Below are positions 10,840 through 21,380 of a stretch of DNA of 64,000 bases, in pieces. Source of the stretch: Leptospiraceae bacterium (GTDB lineage: Bacteria > Spirochaetota > Leptospiria > Leptospirales > Leptonemataceae); the NCBI GenBank assembly GCA_040217195.1, contig JAVJNR010000004.1:986358-1050357 (forward strand), given 5' to 3'. The notes under the pieces are model-generated. The model was not told the DNA's origin. It did not search any database and saw only the letters and a list, made by a program, of their open reading frames with translations. The first letter of the stretch is position 1, and each line of letters begins with the position of its first letter. The position numbers and the translations under genes are program-made.

Positions 10840-11769
10840 TCAGGCAGTGAGTACGATTTTTCCCCTGGTACGACCTTTCTCGGACTCTCGGTGGGCGGCC
10901 GCAGCGTTCTGTATTTCGAACGTAGTATCTACATGAGTCTTAACTTCACCGGATTCCAGCCAGCGCATCAGAAGTCGCATGTCCTCCGGTTTTGAATCCA
11001 CCATGGCGCCGCGATAGTGAATTCCCCTGAGTGCTGCCTCTGCGAAATGCACTGGGTTGGGAAGTGTACTCAAAAAAGCACCCCGACGATTTATGTGAGT
11101 TGATAATCCTGCGGGTGTGCTTCGAGCCACTGCATCCAGAACTATGTCATAACTCTTGAGTTGATTGGGATAATCGGAATCATCGTATGCAAAACACTCA
11201 TGGGCACCTATTTCACTCATAAACTCAAGGTTTCTGGAACTGGCTACTGCTGTTACTCGAGCTCCCAGGGCCTTCGCAATCTGAATACCAAAATGACCCA
11301 CTCCACCAGAACCGCCCAGGACTAGCACCTGTGAGCCATCCAGCGGTAAGCCTTTCATCAACTGATACGCTGTGAGAGAAGCCAGCGGAGCACCGGCCCC
11401 TTCTTCAAAACTGATATTGCCGGGCTTGATCTGACAATTAGCTTCTTTCATAATAACTTTCTGGGCATAACATCCCCCTTCCAGGGCACTGTGAAAGCCA
11501 ATCACTTCATCGCCTACCTTCAGGTCCTTCACCTGTTCTCCAATCTCCGTTACCAGACCGGCCACTTCCGCTCCCGGAACAAAAGGTAGTTTAAGGCGAA
11601 AAAGAAAAGAAAACGGAATGGAACCGCTTCGGAGCTTCCAGTCCACGGGATTCACGCCTGCAGCCTTCACTTCGATGCACACTTGCTCCGGTCCGGGGGA
11701 TGGCGCGGAAACCTCTGTCCATTGGAGCATGTCTGCATCGCCGAATTTTGAATACTGAATTGCTTTCAT
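10840..11769 (-). CDS. NADP-dependent oxidoreductase (MDR/quinone reductase family)
   Basis: AAGVNPVDWK, GGSGGVGHFGIQIAK, RTRGKIVL. Confidence 0.92.
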   Translation of the reverse strand: MKAIQYSKFGDADMLQWTEVSAPSPGPEQVCIEVKAAGVNPVDWKLRSGSIPFSFLFRLKLPFVPGAEVAGLVTEIGEQVKDLKVGDEVIGFHSALEGGCYAQKVIMKEANCQIKPGNISFEEGAGAPLASLTAYQLMKGLPLDGSQVLVLGGSGGVGHFGIQIAKALGARVTAVASSRNLEFMSEIGAHECFAYDDSDYPNQLKSYDIVLDAVARSTPAGLSTHINRRGAFLSTLPNPVHFAEAALRGIHYRGAMVDSKPEDMRLLMRWLESGEVKTHVDTTFEIQNAAAAHRESEKGRTRGKIVLTA

Positions 11770-11833
11770 TAGTTTTAACCTAAGGTTTTATAGTTATTGT
11801 GACAAGTGTCCGAGGCTATATAGTTTTCCGGCC

Positions 11834-12973
11834 TCAGTCATGATCTGGCCCACCTACGCCAATGGGCGGTAGATCAGCAAGCTCTATGTTCGATTTCTCA
11901 TATGAATCCAGAATGGCCAGGTTCACTTCGCCCACTACACGATGAAAATCTTTATAATGGGTAACCCAGAAACGGTACTTAATTCGAAGTCCGTAAGGCA
12001 AAATCTCTTTCAGATATACTTTCCATTTATCGATTTCCGGATGCTCCTCGCAAATGCTTTCGATTAGCTCCTGGGCTTTTTTAACTTCGTCTGCAGTGCA
12101 TTTATGGGAAAGGTGCAAGCTTGTGGAATGTCTTCGCCTTTCTCCAAAAGCACTGATATTTACTAATGGCTGATTTGTTACAATGGCATTGGGAAGAAAT
12201 AACATAGTATCGAATCTGGTTCGAATTCGCGTACTTCTCAGACCAATTGTATCCACAACCCCTTCATATTCCTTATCGCCATCGATGACAATATAGTCTC
12301 CCATCCGAAAGGGACGATCAGTGAAGATTGTGACACCTCCAAACGCATGGGCCAGGGTTTCGCGGGCGGCCATGGCCAGTGCGAATCCACCTACACCCAG
12401 ACCGGCCAGCAGGGAATAGATATTGTATCCTGCGTTCGAGAGTGCAATGATAGCTCCCAGTACAATGATCGTATATTTCCCGCCTCGAATAATGATAGGG
12501 AAAACCTGGTCATCCAATTTGGTCTCGGATCGCTCAGCAATAGGTGTTAGCCAGTGATCCAGGAGCTTTTCGTACAGATTGGCCAGGGCGATTGTAACAA
12601 TTAGAGTCATTACAACTGTAAATACACTGTTGGTCGCTTCCTGGACTCCATCTGATAGTGTGAGCACGTCCAGACCCAGGTATGTAATTAAGACAAAAAT
12701 GGCTGCGATCGCTGGTCGGGCCACAACGTTAATCAATATGTCGTCAACTTCAGACTCTGTTTTATTCGCCAGTCGGCGTACCAGAGAGTTCAGTATCCAG
12801 CGAATGAGAGCGGACACAACCACTGCAGCAACAACGATACCAAGAAAGTACAGTATTTGCCAGATGTCATTCCCCAGAAATTCAATATCCAGATACTCTC
12901 TAATGCTTTTTAACAATTCATTCATTTTCTGCACTCCGGAGCTAGCCTCGGATCTGACCTGAGTTTTGGACAA
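11834..12973 (-). CDS. MscS family mechanosensitive channel
   Basis: LLAGLGVGGFALAMAA, DRPFRMGD, GVVDTIGLRST, PNA. True start may be 12925. Confidence 0.92.
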   Translation of the reverse strand: MSKTQVRSEASSGVQKMNELLKSIREYLDIEFLGNDIWQILYFLGIVVAAVVVSALIRWILNSLVRRLANKTESEVDDILINVVARPAIAAIFVLITYLGLDVLTLSDGVQEATNSVFTVVMTLIVTIALANLYEKLLDHWLTPIAERSETKLDDQVFPIIIRGGKYTIIVLGAIIALSNAGYNIYSLLAGLGVGGFALAMAARETLAHAFGGVTIFTDRPFRMGDYIVIDGDKEYEGVVDTIGLRSTRIRTRFDTMLFLPNAIVTNQPLVNISAFGERRRHSTSLHLSHKCTADEVKKAQELIESICEEHPEIDKWKVYLKEILPYGLRIKYRFWVTHYKDFHRVVGEVNLAILDSYEKSNIELADLPPIGVGGPDHD

Positions 12974-13052
12974 CTATGAAATGCAGACTTTTTACCCCTC
13001 AAATTAGGAGAGGCAAGAGGTTTTTGGCTCTGAATACACTTTGTGCAGGAGA

Positions 13053-13949
13053 CTATTGAGGATGCTTCAGAAAGGAAGATTCCATATCTGCGATGTCCTT
13101 ACGGGTAACGGTTTCCAGTATGCTAATGGCGAGAATTAAGGTTCCGCCAATGATCGTTAGTAAATCCGGGATTTCACTCAGCAATGCCGCAGCCAGAAGG
13201 ATTCCGTACATAGGCTCCAGGCTGACTATCATTCCCACCCGGCGAGCCTCCAGATGCCTCATACTGAACGTTATTAGTAAATACGGAAGCCCGGAAAAAA
13301 ATAGGGCGATGTACCCAAGCCTGGCCCAATCCATAGCCCCAAGACTCATCGAAACAGCAAACACTGAAAAAAGCAAAGCTGTGATAAGAGATTCGTAGAA
13401 GTTAATGGTAACACTTGAAATCTCACGAACCGCTTTACGGGTTACTAACATAACGATCGCCACAAGAATACCCGATGCAGTCCCTGAGAGTAGTCCATAC
13501 CATCTTTCCGCCGGAAGGCCGAATCCCAATTCGCCAGGCGCGATCAGGAAGAGTCCGAGAATCACCGTAGCCCCGGTCAATAGATTGCGAATCCGAAACC
13601 TCTCCCGGAAGAAAACAGGCTCAAAAAGGGCCAGCCATACCGGAAAGGAAAAGGTTGAGATCAGCGCAATGGCTACTGTGGACACCTGGATTGCAAAAAT
13701 GAAAGTCCACCATTGAAAAGCCTGAAGTATGCCCAGCAAAAAAACAATGCGAAAATCACTCCATGATCTCAGGCGAAGGGAACGACCCGCGATCCAGACC
13801 ATGAGCGCCAGACCCAGACACTGAATTAAGGAACGACCAAATACAATGGAGGCAGAGGAAGCAGGAATGACCTTTAAGGTGGGCCCAAGAAAACCAAGCA
13901 GGATTGCCGATAGATGAACAAGCAGTAAACTTTGCGCTCCTGGCTTCAT
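13053..13949 (-). CDS. EamA/DMT family transporter
   Basis: About 10 TM helices in two repeats; LFEPVFFRER and SLEPMYGILLA. Confidence 0.9.
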   Translation of the reverse strand: MKPGAQSLLLVHLSAILLGFLGPTLKVIPASSASIVFGRSLIQCLGLALMVWIAGRSLRLRSWSDFRIVFLLGILQAFQWWTFIFAIQVSTVAIALISTFSFPVWLALFEPVFFRERFRIRNLLTGATVILGLFLIAPGELGFGLPAERWYGLLSGTASGILVAIVMLVTRKAVREISSVTINFYESLITALLFSVFAVSMSLGAMDWARLGYIALFFSGLPYLLITFSMRHLEARRVGMIVSLEPMYGILLAAALLSEIPDLLTIIGGTLILAISILETVTRKDIADMESSFLKHPQ

Positions 13950-14107
13950 TTAGACTTTCTCCCGGGATAGTTAACCCGTCCTTCGTTGCGCTGCCATCCA
14001 ACCATTTTATCCCCGAACGAAGCAATGCATTTATTGGGCCCCCTCGAACCCTGGGATCAAGATATTCTTGTTCTCCAGATGGAGCAGCTCAGACATGAAG
14101 AAAGAAC

Positions 14108-16378
14108 ATGGACATCAGGGAATTAAAGAGCCAGGGAATATCGCTGGTGGCAGTACTCCAGCAAACCCCGCTATTCGAACAAACCTCAACCGAGACCATC
14201 AAGGATATTCTTCGAGAAGCTGATTCCGAGTCCTTTGGCCCGGATCAAGTGGTAATGATGCAGGGCGAGCCCGGGGATGCTATGTACGTTGTTCTGAACG
14301 GAAAACTGCGAGCCAGACGGTCCGGCAATGCTGTGGGAGAAATCAACGCCGGTGAATTCTTTGGCGAAGCGGCTTTGCTTACCGATGAAAAAAGACAGGC
14401 CACGGTACAGACTGTGACCAGTTGCGACCTAATTCGTATTTCCAAGGATTTGTTTCAAAAAGTTCTCAATAAGCATCCGGAACAAATGCAGGGTGTAGCG
14501 TCTATTATTACCCGCCGAATGCAGTCGATCAAACAGGTCCGCTACCGGCCTCCATCCACTGAAATTGTATCCTTTCTTTCGCAGTTACCGATTTTTAAGA
14601 ACATTCCCTCCCCGCTTCTGCGCAAGCTGGAACCAATTGTTCAATGGGAAGACATTCCGGATCAGGAGCTGGTAGTTGAACAGGGTAGCCCGGGAGACGG
14701 CATGTATCTGGTGTACAACGGCCGCTTACGATGGATAACCAGGGATACTGATGGAGAGATCTTACGAGAAGGAATCTTTCGACCTGGTGACGTTTTCGGT
14801 GAACTATCAGTCTTAACGGGCGAACCACGATCCGCCACTGTCACAACCATTCGAGATTGCGAGCTGATTCGCCTGTCAGGTAAGAGCTTCGAACGACTGA
14901 TTCATACCGAACCCCGACTATTGCTCGCATTGTCCAGAACCCTGGCAACCCGCCTTACCGTTCCGAAACAGGAGCAAAAGAATCCGGCTCGAATCTTCTG
15001 CATTCTTCCTTTACATCCCAGGATCAACACCTACGATTTTGCGCATAAGCTGGCCCAAAGTCTTCCTGGAAGTGCCGGGGTCATGACTTCGACTGACATA
15101 CCAGCAGGGGCAGAAATTGAAGAATCTGCCGAAAGCCTGGAGCTAAACAGTCGTCTGATATCTCTGGAGCATCGCCATGATTATACCATTCTTGGCGCAT
15201 CCTATGAAGACAATGCCTGGTCTCGTAAATGTCTGCGGCATAGTGACTATGTCATTCTACTGGCAGATGCGGGCGAAACCACGCAATTTAGTCCCGTGGA
15301 ATTGAAGCGGCTTAGCGGTGGTAGCTCCCATGCTACAGACCCCAGAGAACTGATTCTGCTACATTCAGATTCCAATTCATTCAAGAACACAGCAAATTTT
15401 CTCTCCATCCGAAAGGTGCCGCACAGGCATATTCGCAAAACAGAAATCTCAGATTACCAGCGGCTGGCCCGATCGCTTACAGGCACTTCTGTAAATCTTG
15501 TTCTGGGAGGCGGAGGCGCTAGAGGTCTGGCCCACATAGGACTGTACAAAGCGCTACTCGAATGCGAAGTGCCAATCGATTCTGTAGGAGGCACAAGTTT
15601 CGGTGCTATCATTGGCGCCGTAATTGCTCTTGGAAAACAACCGGGTGAAATCCTTGAATTGGTTCAGGAATTCTTAATTGATGCTGACCCCATGAGTGAG
15701 TATTCCATTCCTTTTGTATCTTTAATCCGAGGAAGGCGCTACACCAATGCGATTAAGGGTGTATGCGGCGATGCAAATATTGAGGATCTTCCCATTCCTT
15801 ATTTTGCCATGGCCGCGGATCTCACTGCAGGAGCGCCAATGGTCTTTGACCGAGGTCCACTCTGGACGGCTACCAGGGCCAGTAGTTCCATTCCCGGGCT
15901 GGCACCTCCAATTCTGGTGAACGATCATCTTCTGGTCGATGGAGGCATCGTAAATAACGTGCCGGCCGATGTAATGCAGGAACGAAGCGGAGGGCGAATC
16001 CTGGCGGTTCGAGTGGGTCAGGCTGGTGAGGTCATGGGCGACAGTGCCCTTTCGGAATTAGTAGCTGAGCAGGGAGAATCCCCGGCCCTTAATCGAGTTC
16101 TGAGAAACCGTTTACGTCATAAGAAAAATCGAATTAAGTATCCGGGGTTTGGGCAACTTGTGCTTCGCTCGGCAATTCTGGGCGGCGATGATCATGAACG
16201 TATTTCAAAAAAGTCAGCTACAATATGGACTGAGCTACCGGTAGAGCAGTACGGACTTCTGGACTGGGATTCTGCCCCTGCATTGATTGAGATTGGTTAC
16301 AGGCATGCCATGACCAATATGGAACACTGGAAAACGAAACTGATTAGGCACTCAAAAAAAACTGGGCCCGGGGATTGA
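14108..16378 (+). CDS. Two cNMP-binding domains plus patatin-like phospholipase (NTE-like)
   Basis: FFGEAALL..RQATV and VFGELSVL..PRSATV; patatin motifs GGGGARG, GTSFG, DGG. Confidence 0.92.
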   Translation: MDIRELKSQGISLVAVLQQTPLFEQTSTETIKDILREADSESFGPDQVVMMQGEPGDAMYVVLNGKLRARRSGNAVGEINAGEFFGEAALLTDEKRQATVQTVTSCDLIRISKDLFQKVLNKHPEQMQGVASIITRRMQSIKQVRYRPPSTEIVSFLSQLPIFKNIPSPLLRKLEPIVQWEDIPDQELVVEQGSPGDGMYLVYNGRLRWITRDTDGEILREGIFRPGDVFGELSVLTGEPRSATVTTIRDCELIRLSGKSFERLIHTEPRLLLALSRTLATRLTVPKQEQKNPARIFCILPLHPRINTYDFAHKLAQSLPGSAGVMTSTDIPAGAEIEESAESLELNSRLISLEHRHDYTILGASYEDNAWSRKCLRHSDYVILLADAGETTQFSPVELKRLSGGSSHATDPRELILLHSDSNSFKNTANFLSIRKVPHRHIRKTEISDYQRLARSLTGTSVNLVLGGGGARGLAHIGLYKALLECEVPIDSVGGTSFGAIIGAVIALGKQPGEILELVQEFLIDADPMSEYSIPFVSLIRGRRYTNAIKGVCGDANIEDLPIPYFAMAADLTAGAPMVFDRGPLWTATRASSSIPGLAPPILVNDHLLVDGGIVNNVPADVMQERSGGRILAVRVGQAGEVMGDSALSELVAEQGESPALNRVLRNRLRHKKNRIKYPGFGQLVLRSAILGGDDHERISKKSATIWTELPVEQYGLLDWDSAPALIEIGYRHAMTNMEHWKTKLIRHSKKTGPGD

Positions 16379-16497
16379 AAAGCAGTTTGGCCCGAGGATG
16401 CGATGATCCATTGTAAGGAGAGAACGACAACGGTGATGTTTTCGAGTCGACATAATCATGATGCGATGCGAATAGCGTTAGAATTCTGGAGGAATTC

Positions 16498-17157
16498 ATG
16501 AATCTATTCCGACTCTCGCTGACCTTTCTTCTATTGTTCTGTCTGTCCTGCGAAAAACAGCCAGAACCCGGGGCTCCCGGGCAAACAGAACAAAGCCTGG
16601 ATAATGCAAATCGTGATTCCACAGACTCCCCGGACAGTACGGAACTACATATTCAATCCATTCGCAATGACTACAAAGCGGCCATGGCACTGCCTTTAAA
16701 ATCTTATGAACGCAACTGTGACGATGGGGCCCTGGTTACCACCGTAGATGTGCGGTGGAAAGATGGGAAGGTAGTCTGGATTCGCTACTCCGCTGGATAT
16801 GACCATGGAGTCCAATCCCATGAAGCGTTGTTATCGAATGAAGAGATAGTTTTCATAATGAAAGAGGAACGAACCTGGAACTTTGACCCGGAAGTACCTC
16901 CGTCTGACAGCGGCGAGTCGCATACTGTAGACCAGGCCACGCAAAATCGCTACTACTATATGGATGGCTCTATGATACGAGCACTGTACAAATCAGTGAC
17001 AGCCAGATCCATTCAAAAAGAGTCATTGGAAGAGAAACTGCGGGAGGCGAAGAACCTGGAGCATCCCACGCCAGATGCCGGAGAGGCAATTCAGAAAGTG
17101 CGCAGTATTCTGTCATCTTTTGAATCCACCGGAGGGAAGTCAGCCTGGTGCGAATGA
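16498..17157 (+). CDS. Hypothetical lipoprotein
   Basis: Signal peptide ending in lipobox-like CLSC; GGAGG RBS. Confidence 0.75.
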   Translation: MNLFRLSLTFLLLFCLSCEKQPEPGAPGQTEQSLDNANRDSTDSPDSTELHIQSIRNDYKAAMALPLKSYERNCDDGALVTTVDVRWKDGKVVWIRYSAGYDHGVQSHEALLSNEEIVFIMKEERTWNFDPEVPPSDSGESHTVDQATQNRYYYMDGSMIRALYKSVTARSIQKESLEEKLREAKNLEHPTPDAGEAIQKVRSILSSFESTGGKSAWCE

Positions 17158-17207
17158 CCCCGCCCCTTTTTCTGAGGAGCGATGTCGCCGGGATTCCTTG
17201 ATAGAGG

Positions 17208-18302
17208 ATGCTCACTCCCGTAGCCTTTATATTCCTGGCCGGTACCGGAGCCTTCTTGTATGCTGCCCTTGGAATTCTTGGCATTAAACGAAAACATAAA
17301 GCCCAATGGCCTATGGTCCTATTGCTCCTTCTTGCAGCAGTAGGAATGCTGCCTCCCTTCCTGATTTTGAAGGCTCCGCAGTCTTTTTTTGACAATTCAT
17401 CCTGGATGCGGCTCCTAATTTATTCCCAGTGCTACATTGGAACACTTCTATGGCATCACTTCGCTTTGCTTTTGCCAGTGAATCCAGGAGGGATTTCGAA
17501 TGATCCAGAAGACCGGGATCGCTGGTTCAGACTTGCGCTTTCGATTCTCGATCAAAGAATCCTGATCTGGCTTCTCTATGGTATTCCAACGATTCTATTG
17601 TTTTTCACTGCATTTGATTCTGTCTTTCCGGTGAATAATTCCCTGGAAGAGAACGCGCTACCCTATCTATCTTCCGTACCACCTGCCTGGATTCTCTTTA
17701 CTGTCATTCTTGCACTTGGCCGTTCTCTTGCCCTCCGCCATTTATTCGGGGGTGTGCCAGAACTCGTGTTTTACTTTTTGAGTATCCTGTCATTTAATCT
17801 GCTTCTAGTTCTTTCCGGCCTCCTGGGATTACACTCCCTGGCGATAGTCGGAAACCTTGGAATGATCCTTCTGGTGTTGCTGTACGGCTACTGGATTCAG
17901 CGCCGGCCAACACTCCTGGGAATTGGTCGGGCCTCGGCCCCATCGGATGACGATTTGAGTAGAATTATCCAGCTTCGCCAAAAACTGGATGCATTTATGG
18001 AATCCGAACGTCCTTACCTGGATGAGGATTTAAACCGATGGAAGCTCTCTGAGCTTACCGGAATTTCCGAAAGAGAGATTTCGCAGATCTTGAATCACAG
18101 ACCTGAGTCTGGCTTCACCCATTACATTAATCGTTATCGCGTAGCCGATGCCTGTCGAATGCTCCAAAGCACTGAAAGCTCCCACCGCTCGATTCTGGAT
18201 ATTACTTATGCCTGCGGATTTAACTCAAAGTCTGTCTTCTACCAGGCATTTCGTCGCGAAAAGGGCATAACACCATCCGAGTATCGAAATAGAAATCGAT
18301 AA
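17208..18302 (+). CDS. Membrane-embedded AraC family regulator
   Basis: Multiple TM helices; PYLDEDL...ITYACGFNSKSVFYQAFR. Confidence 0.88.
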   Translation: MLTPVAFIFLAGTGAFLYAALGILGIKRKHKAQWPMVLLLLLAAVGMLPPFLILKAPQSFFDNSSWMRLLIYSQCYIGTLLWHHFALLLPVNPGGISNDPEDRDRWFRLALSILDQRILIWLLYGIPTILLFFTAFDSVFPVNNSLEENALPYLSSVPPAWILFTVILALGRSLALRHLFGGVPELVFYFLSILSFNLLLVLSGLLGLHSLAIVGNLGMILLVLLYGYWIQRRPTLLGIGRASAPSDDDLSRIIQLRQKLDAFMESERPYLDEDLNRWKLSELTGISEREISQILNHRPESGFTHYINRYRVADACRMLQSTESSHRSILDITYACGFNSKSVFYQAFRREKGITPSEYRNRNR

Positions 18303-18483
18303 TTCAATGAGGTATCGCTTCACCAGCGGAGGCTATTCTGTAGTTCTTCCACGTGATCGCTCCTGCTGTAACCCTTCAGAAATTCGCAAAGCGCCATACC
18401 GCTCTCGGCCCTTGTCAAACGGCGGGAAATGGCCCATCGGACCATAGATGAAAGTCGACTGAACTTTATTTTTCTGATTGCCA

Positions 18484-18507
18484 GTTCGAAATCCGGAATC
18501 CGGACGA
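18484..18507 (+). promoter_or_regulatory. Candidate AraC-binding site GTTC-N14-GGACGA at the -35 position
   Basis: Same pattern at 31301-31324 and 37244-37267; TAGAAT lies 18 bp downstream. Confidence 0.5.
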
Positions 18508-18570
18508 CTTTTCGCTGGCGAGGGCTAGAATAATAGTGAGTGCAGGCATCATGAGCCTCGGAGGTGCATA

Positions 18571-19341
18571 ATGAGATTCCATTTATTCGAGTTCACGGAC
18601 CTGGTTCAATGCCCGGCTTTCATTAAATCATCCATTCAAGAATACCTGGATTATGTTTCGGAGCGATTTCAGATCTTTCAAGTTGCAATGCCTTTGCTCG
18701 ATAAGGCTTTGAAAGGTTCCCGGGCAAGCGAGATACTGGACCTGGGCTCCGGAGCCGGTAGCGGAATGCAACATGCCTGGAAGCCCCTGATTAAGAGCAA
18801 CCCCGGCCTGACTATTCAATTGTCAGACTTGAATCCGATCGTTCCACCACCAGAATTCACGGAGGAAGGGATTGAATACGTGAATGGCTCCGTGGATGCC
18901 CGATCAATACCTCGGAATATGCCTGGCTTTCGTACCATGTTTACTGTGGCTCATCATTTTCGCCCGGAAGTGCTGAAGAATGTAATTCAAGATGCCCGAA
19001 ACAGCAACTCGGGACTGGCTATCTTTGAACCAGTACATCGAGGTATTGCCTCAATACTGAGCATGGTTCTGATTTTACCATGTATGGTTCTAGTTTTTAC
19101 TCCATTCATACGGCCCCGGAGATTCTCACGATTATTCTTTACCTACATAATTCCAGTGATTACCTTCGCAATAGTCTGGGATGGCATAGTTTCCTCTTTA
19201 AGGGCATATAAACCCGATGAACTATTGAGGCTGGCCCGGTCCACCGAGGGACCGGATTGGCACTGGGACTGTGGAATATTGACCGGCCCATCTGGAGTCA
19301 AAATAACGTACCTTACCGGTGTGCCTGACCGATCAAACTGA
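18571..19341 (+). CDS. Class I SAM-dependent methyltransferase-like protein
   Basis: ILDLGSGAG motif I, LSDLNP, VDARSIP, AHHFRPE, WDGIVSSLRAY; GGAGG RBS. Confidence 0.85.
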   Translation: MRFHLFEFTDLVQCPAFIKSSIQEYLDYVSERFQIFQVAMPLLDKALKGSRASEILDLGSGAGSGMQHAWKPLIKSNPGLTIQLSDLNPIVPPPEFTEEGIEYVNGSVDARSIPRNMPGFRTMFTVAHHFRPEVLKNVIQDARNSNSGLAIFEPVHRGIASILSMVLILPCMVLVFTPFIRPRRFSRLFFTYIIPVITFAIVWDGIVSSLRAYKPDELLRLARSTEGPDWHWDCGILTGPSGVKITYLTGVPDRSN

Positions 19342-19520
19342 AGCCAACCAATTAGAGCGCACATCCCGGTCCTTCGTAGCTCCATGTAGACCGTGTCCCT
19401 GTTGAGTTGGAAATCTATTACATAGGCCGGATTCTAGAAGGAGACTCAGGAAGCCGGTTGCCATTAGATAGTTAGAATTTATTTTCAGCACAGAGCTATG
19501 CTCGAGGACCCGGGAAACTC

Positions 19521-20306
19521 TTGAAGCCTCTGGAAACAATTGCATACGTTGCCAACCATCGCTTTCTGGTAGCCGATGGCGCAGCGCTGAATAGCTGGCC
19601 AGGAAAATTCTCTAACAATCCAGGGGAAGAAGGTCTGGGATTGTCATCGGGAATTGTTGCGGTACAATGTCCGCGGCAGGCAGGACCGGCTGCTGTTTTT
19701 CTTGAAGTGCATTCCCGGAAACCAGAAGTTAGAGGGAATCGATATTGTAAAGTCCTGGAAGCGTCTATTCAGATTTCAACAGGCATCCTTCGCATCCTGG
19801 GAGAGAAAAACACCGAAGGTCACCCTGGCCTGGATTTCCCTCTCAGAAAGGGACTCTACTCCTTGCGAATCTCTTACTCAGACCTGGACACAGTTAGCTT
19901 CGGCGAAGAAAACGGGGCCGAACACTACTGGCTTGATATCTTTCCAGGAGATTCTACTATCGATCCCTCGAGTGACGATTACAATTCGATTCGTCCATAC
20001 GAAGATCTGGAATCGGCCGTCAGGGAACCACTTGAGCCATTGGATGTGGAGGAATTACACTGGCTAGCTCAGCACCGATCCCCTTCCGTTCGATGCAACT
20101 GTGCAGTTGCACTGGCGCGCCAAAAGCAGTTCAAAGCTGTTCAGCATCTGGCTCTAAACGATTCCTCCCGCGGGGTAAGAATGGTTGCGGTGGGGGCCCT
20201 GGCAATGATGGAAGCTCGGACTTTTCTGGAGATGGTTTCGGACAGAGAAAGAGGGCTGATTGGTGAAACAGCTCGAAGGCATCTAGATAAGATGGACGGT
20301 GAATGA
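19521..20306 (+). CDS. Hypothetical protein: beta-rich N-terminal domain plus C-terminal HEAT-like repeats
   Basis: SPSVRCNCAVALA and DSSRGVRMVAVGALA are HEAT-like. TTG start. Confidence 0.7.
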   Translation: MKPLETIAYVANHRFLVADGAALNSWPGKFSNNPGEEGLGLSSGIVAVQCPRQAGPAAVFLEVHSRKPEVRGNRYCKVLEASIQISTGILRILGEKNTEGHPGLDFPLRKGLYSLRISYSDLDTVSFGEENGAEHYWLDIFPGDSTIDPSSDDYNSIRPYEDLESAVREPLEPLDVEELHWLAQHRSPSVRCNCAVALARQKQFKAVQHLALNDSSRGVRMVAVGALAMMEARTFLEMVSDRERGLIGETARRHLDKMDGE

Positions 20307-20414
20307 CCGGGTTGCAAGAGCCTGCAGTTCCACTGTTTCTGAGCCGAAAATGTAGTAGACCACTGGCTTTTTGCGAGAGCAAACTCGCACTATCGGAGCT
20401 CCTGGATAAAGACA

Positions 20415-21380
20415 ATGGATGATAAGTTTCTCTCGCAGCGTATTGTAAAAGCATTCAGGCATATCCCCCCTCTGGAACTGCCGGATGCACCGGTGCATGC
20501 AATTAAGGGCCTCAGCGAACATGATGCGGAATTGCTCTATGATTCTTTCTGGGTTAAATCCATTCGGGATCTGGCAGATCTACGATTCGTACACTGGGCT
20601 CAGGAAATCTGTGCTTTGCGAGATGTACCCCAGGAAAAGATCGATATGTATGGCTTTCAGGATAAACTGAATAAAGCCTATGAGCAAACCCCCATTCGAA
20701 CATTGATGAAATCTCCGGTTCACGTATTGCAGGGACTGAGCGAAGATGATGCCATTCGTCTGGAGGAGGCATTTCGAATTCGTTCCGTTAAAGATCTGGC
20801 TGGCCTAAAGTTTGCACGATTCGCGCAGGAAATCTGTGGTGAGGCCTACAAGGATTTAAGCGCTCCTATACGACCTAAGAAAAATGCAATGGAGCCTGTG
20901 CCCTCATCCGATCGCCGCTGGTGGGCTCCGCTTATCGCCCTAATACTAACGGTGCTTGCACTGCTACTTCTGGCCTATTTTGCTCCTATTTGCTTTTCGG
21001 GATCGGGCAATCCAGCCCTGGAAACGAAAAATTCCGATGAGCCAGAAGCAACAGAACAGGCCGTCTCTGACCAGGAGGAGAATCCTGCAGATGATTCAGA
21101 AAATGCAGATTCCGATCCTACCCTGGAATCAGGTGACGCTTCACAGAACTCAAATAATAATAGCATTCCGGATTCCAGGCAAAGCGATCCATCCACCGCT
21201 CAAACATCGGACCATAGACCCGGTGGATCCTATTATGTGCAGAAAGGAGATACTCTGACAGAAATCAGTAAGCGAATTTATGGCACCACCGGACGATGGA
21301 AAGAAATCTACGATGCTAACCATGACAAGATCAAGGATCCCAATAACATCTTCCCGGGCGAAGTGCTAAGTTTACCATGA
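20415..21380 (+). CDS. LysM domain membrane protein with tandem N-terminal repeats
   Basis: C-terminal YYVQKGDTLTEISKRIYG...WKEIYDAN...PNNIFPGEVLSLP; central TM and acidic linker. Confidence 0.88.
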   Translation: MDDKFLSQRIVKAFRHIPPLELPDAPVHAIKGLSEHDAELLYDSFWVKSIRDLADLRFVHWAQEICALRDVPQEKIDMYGFQDKLNKAYEQTPIRTLMKSPVHVLQGLSEDDAIRLEEAFRIRSVKDLAGLKFARFAQEICGEAYKDLSAPIRPKKNAMEPVPSSDRRWWAPLIALILTVLALLLLAYFAPICFSGSGNPALETKNSDEPEATEQAVSDQEENPADDSENADSDPTLESGDASQNSNNNSIPDSRQSDPSTAQTSDHRPGGSYYVQKGDTLTEISKRIYGTTGRWKEIYDANHDKIKDPNNIFPGEVLSLP

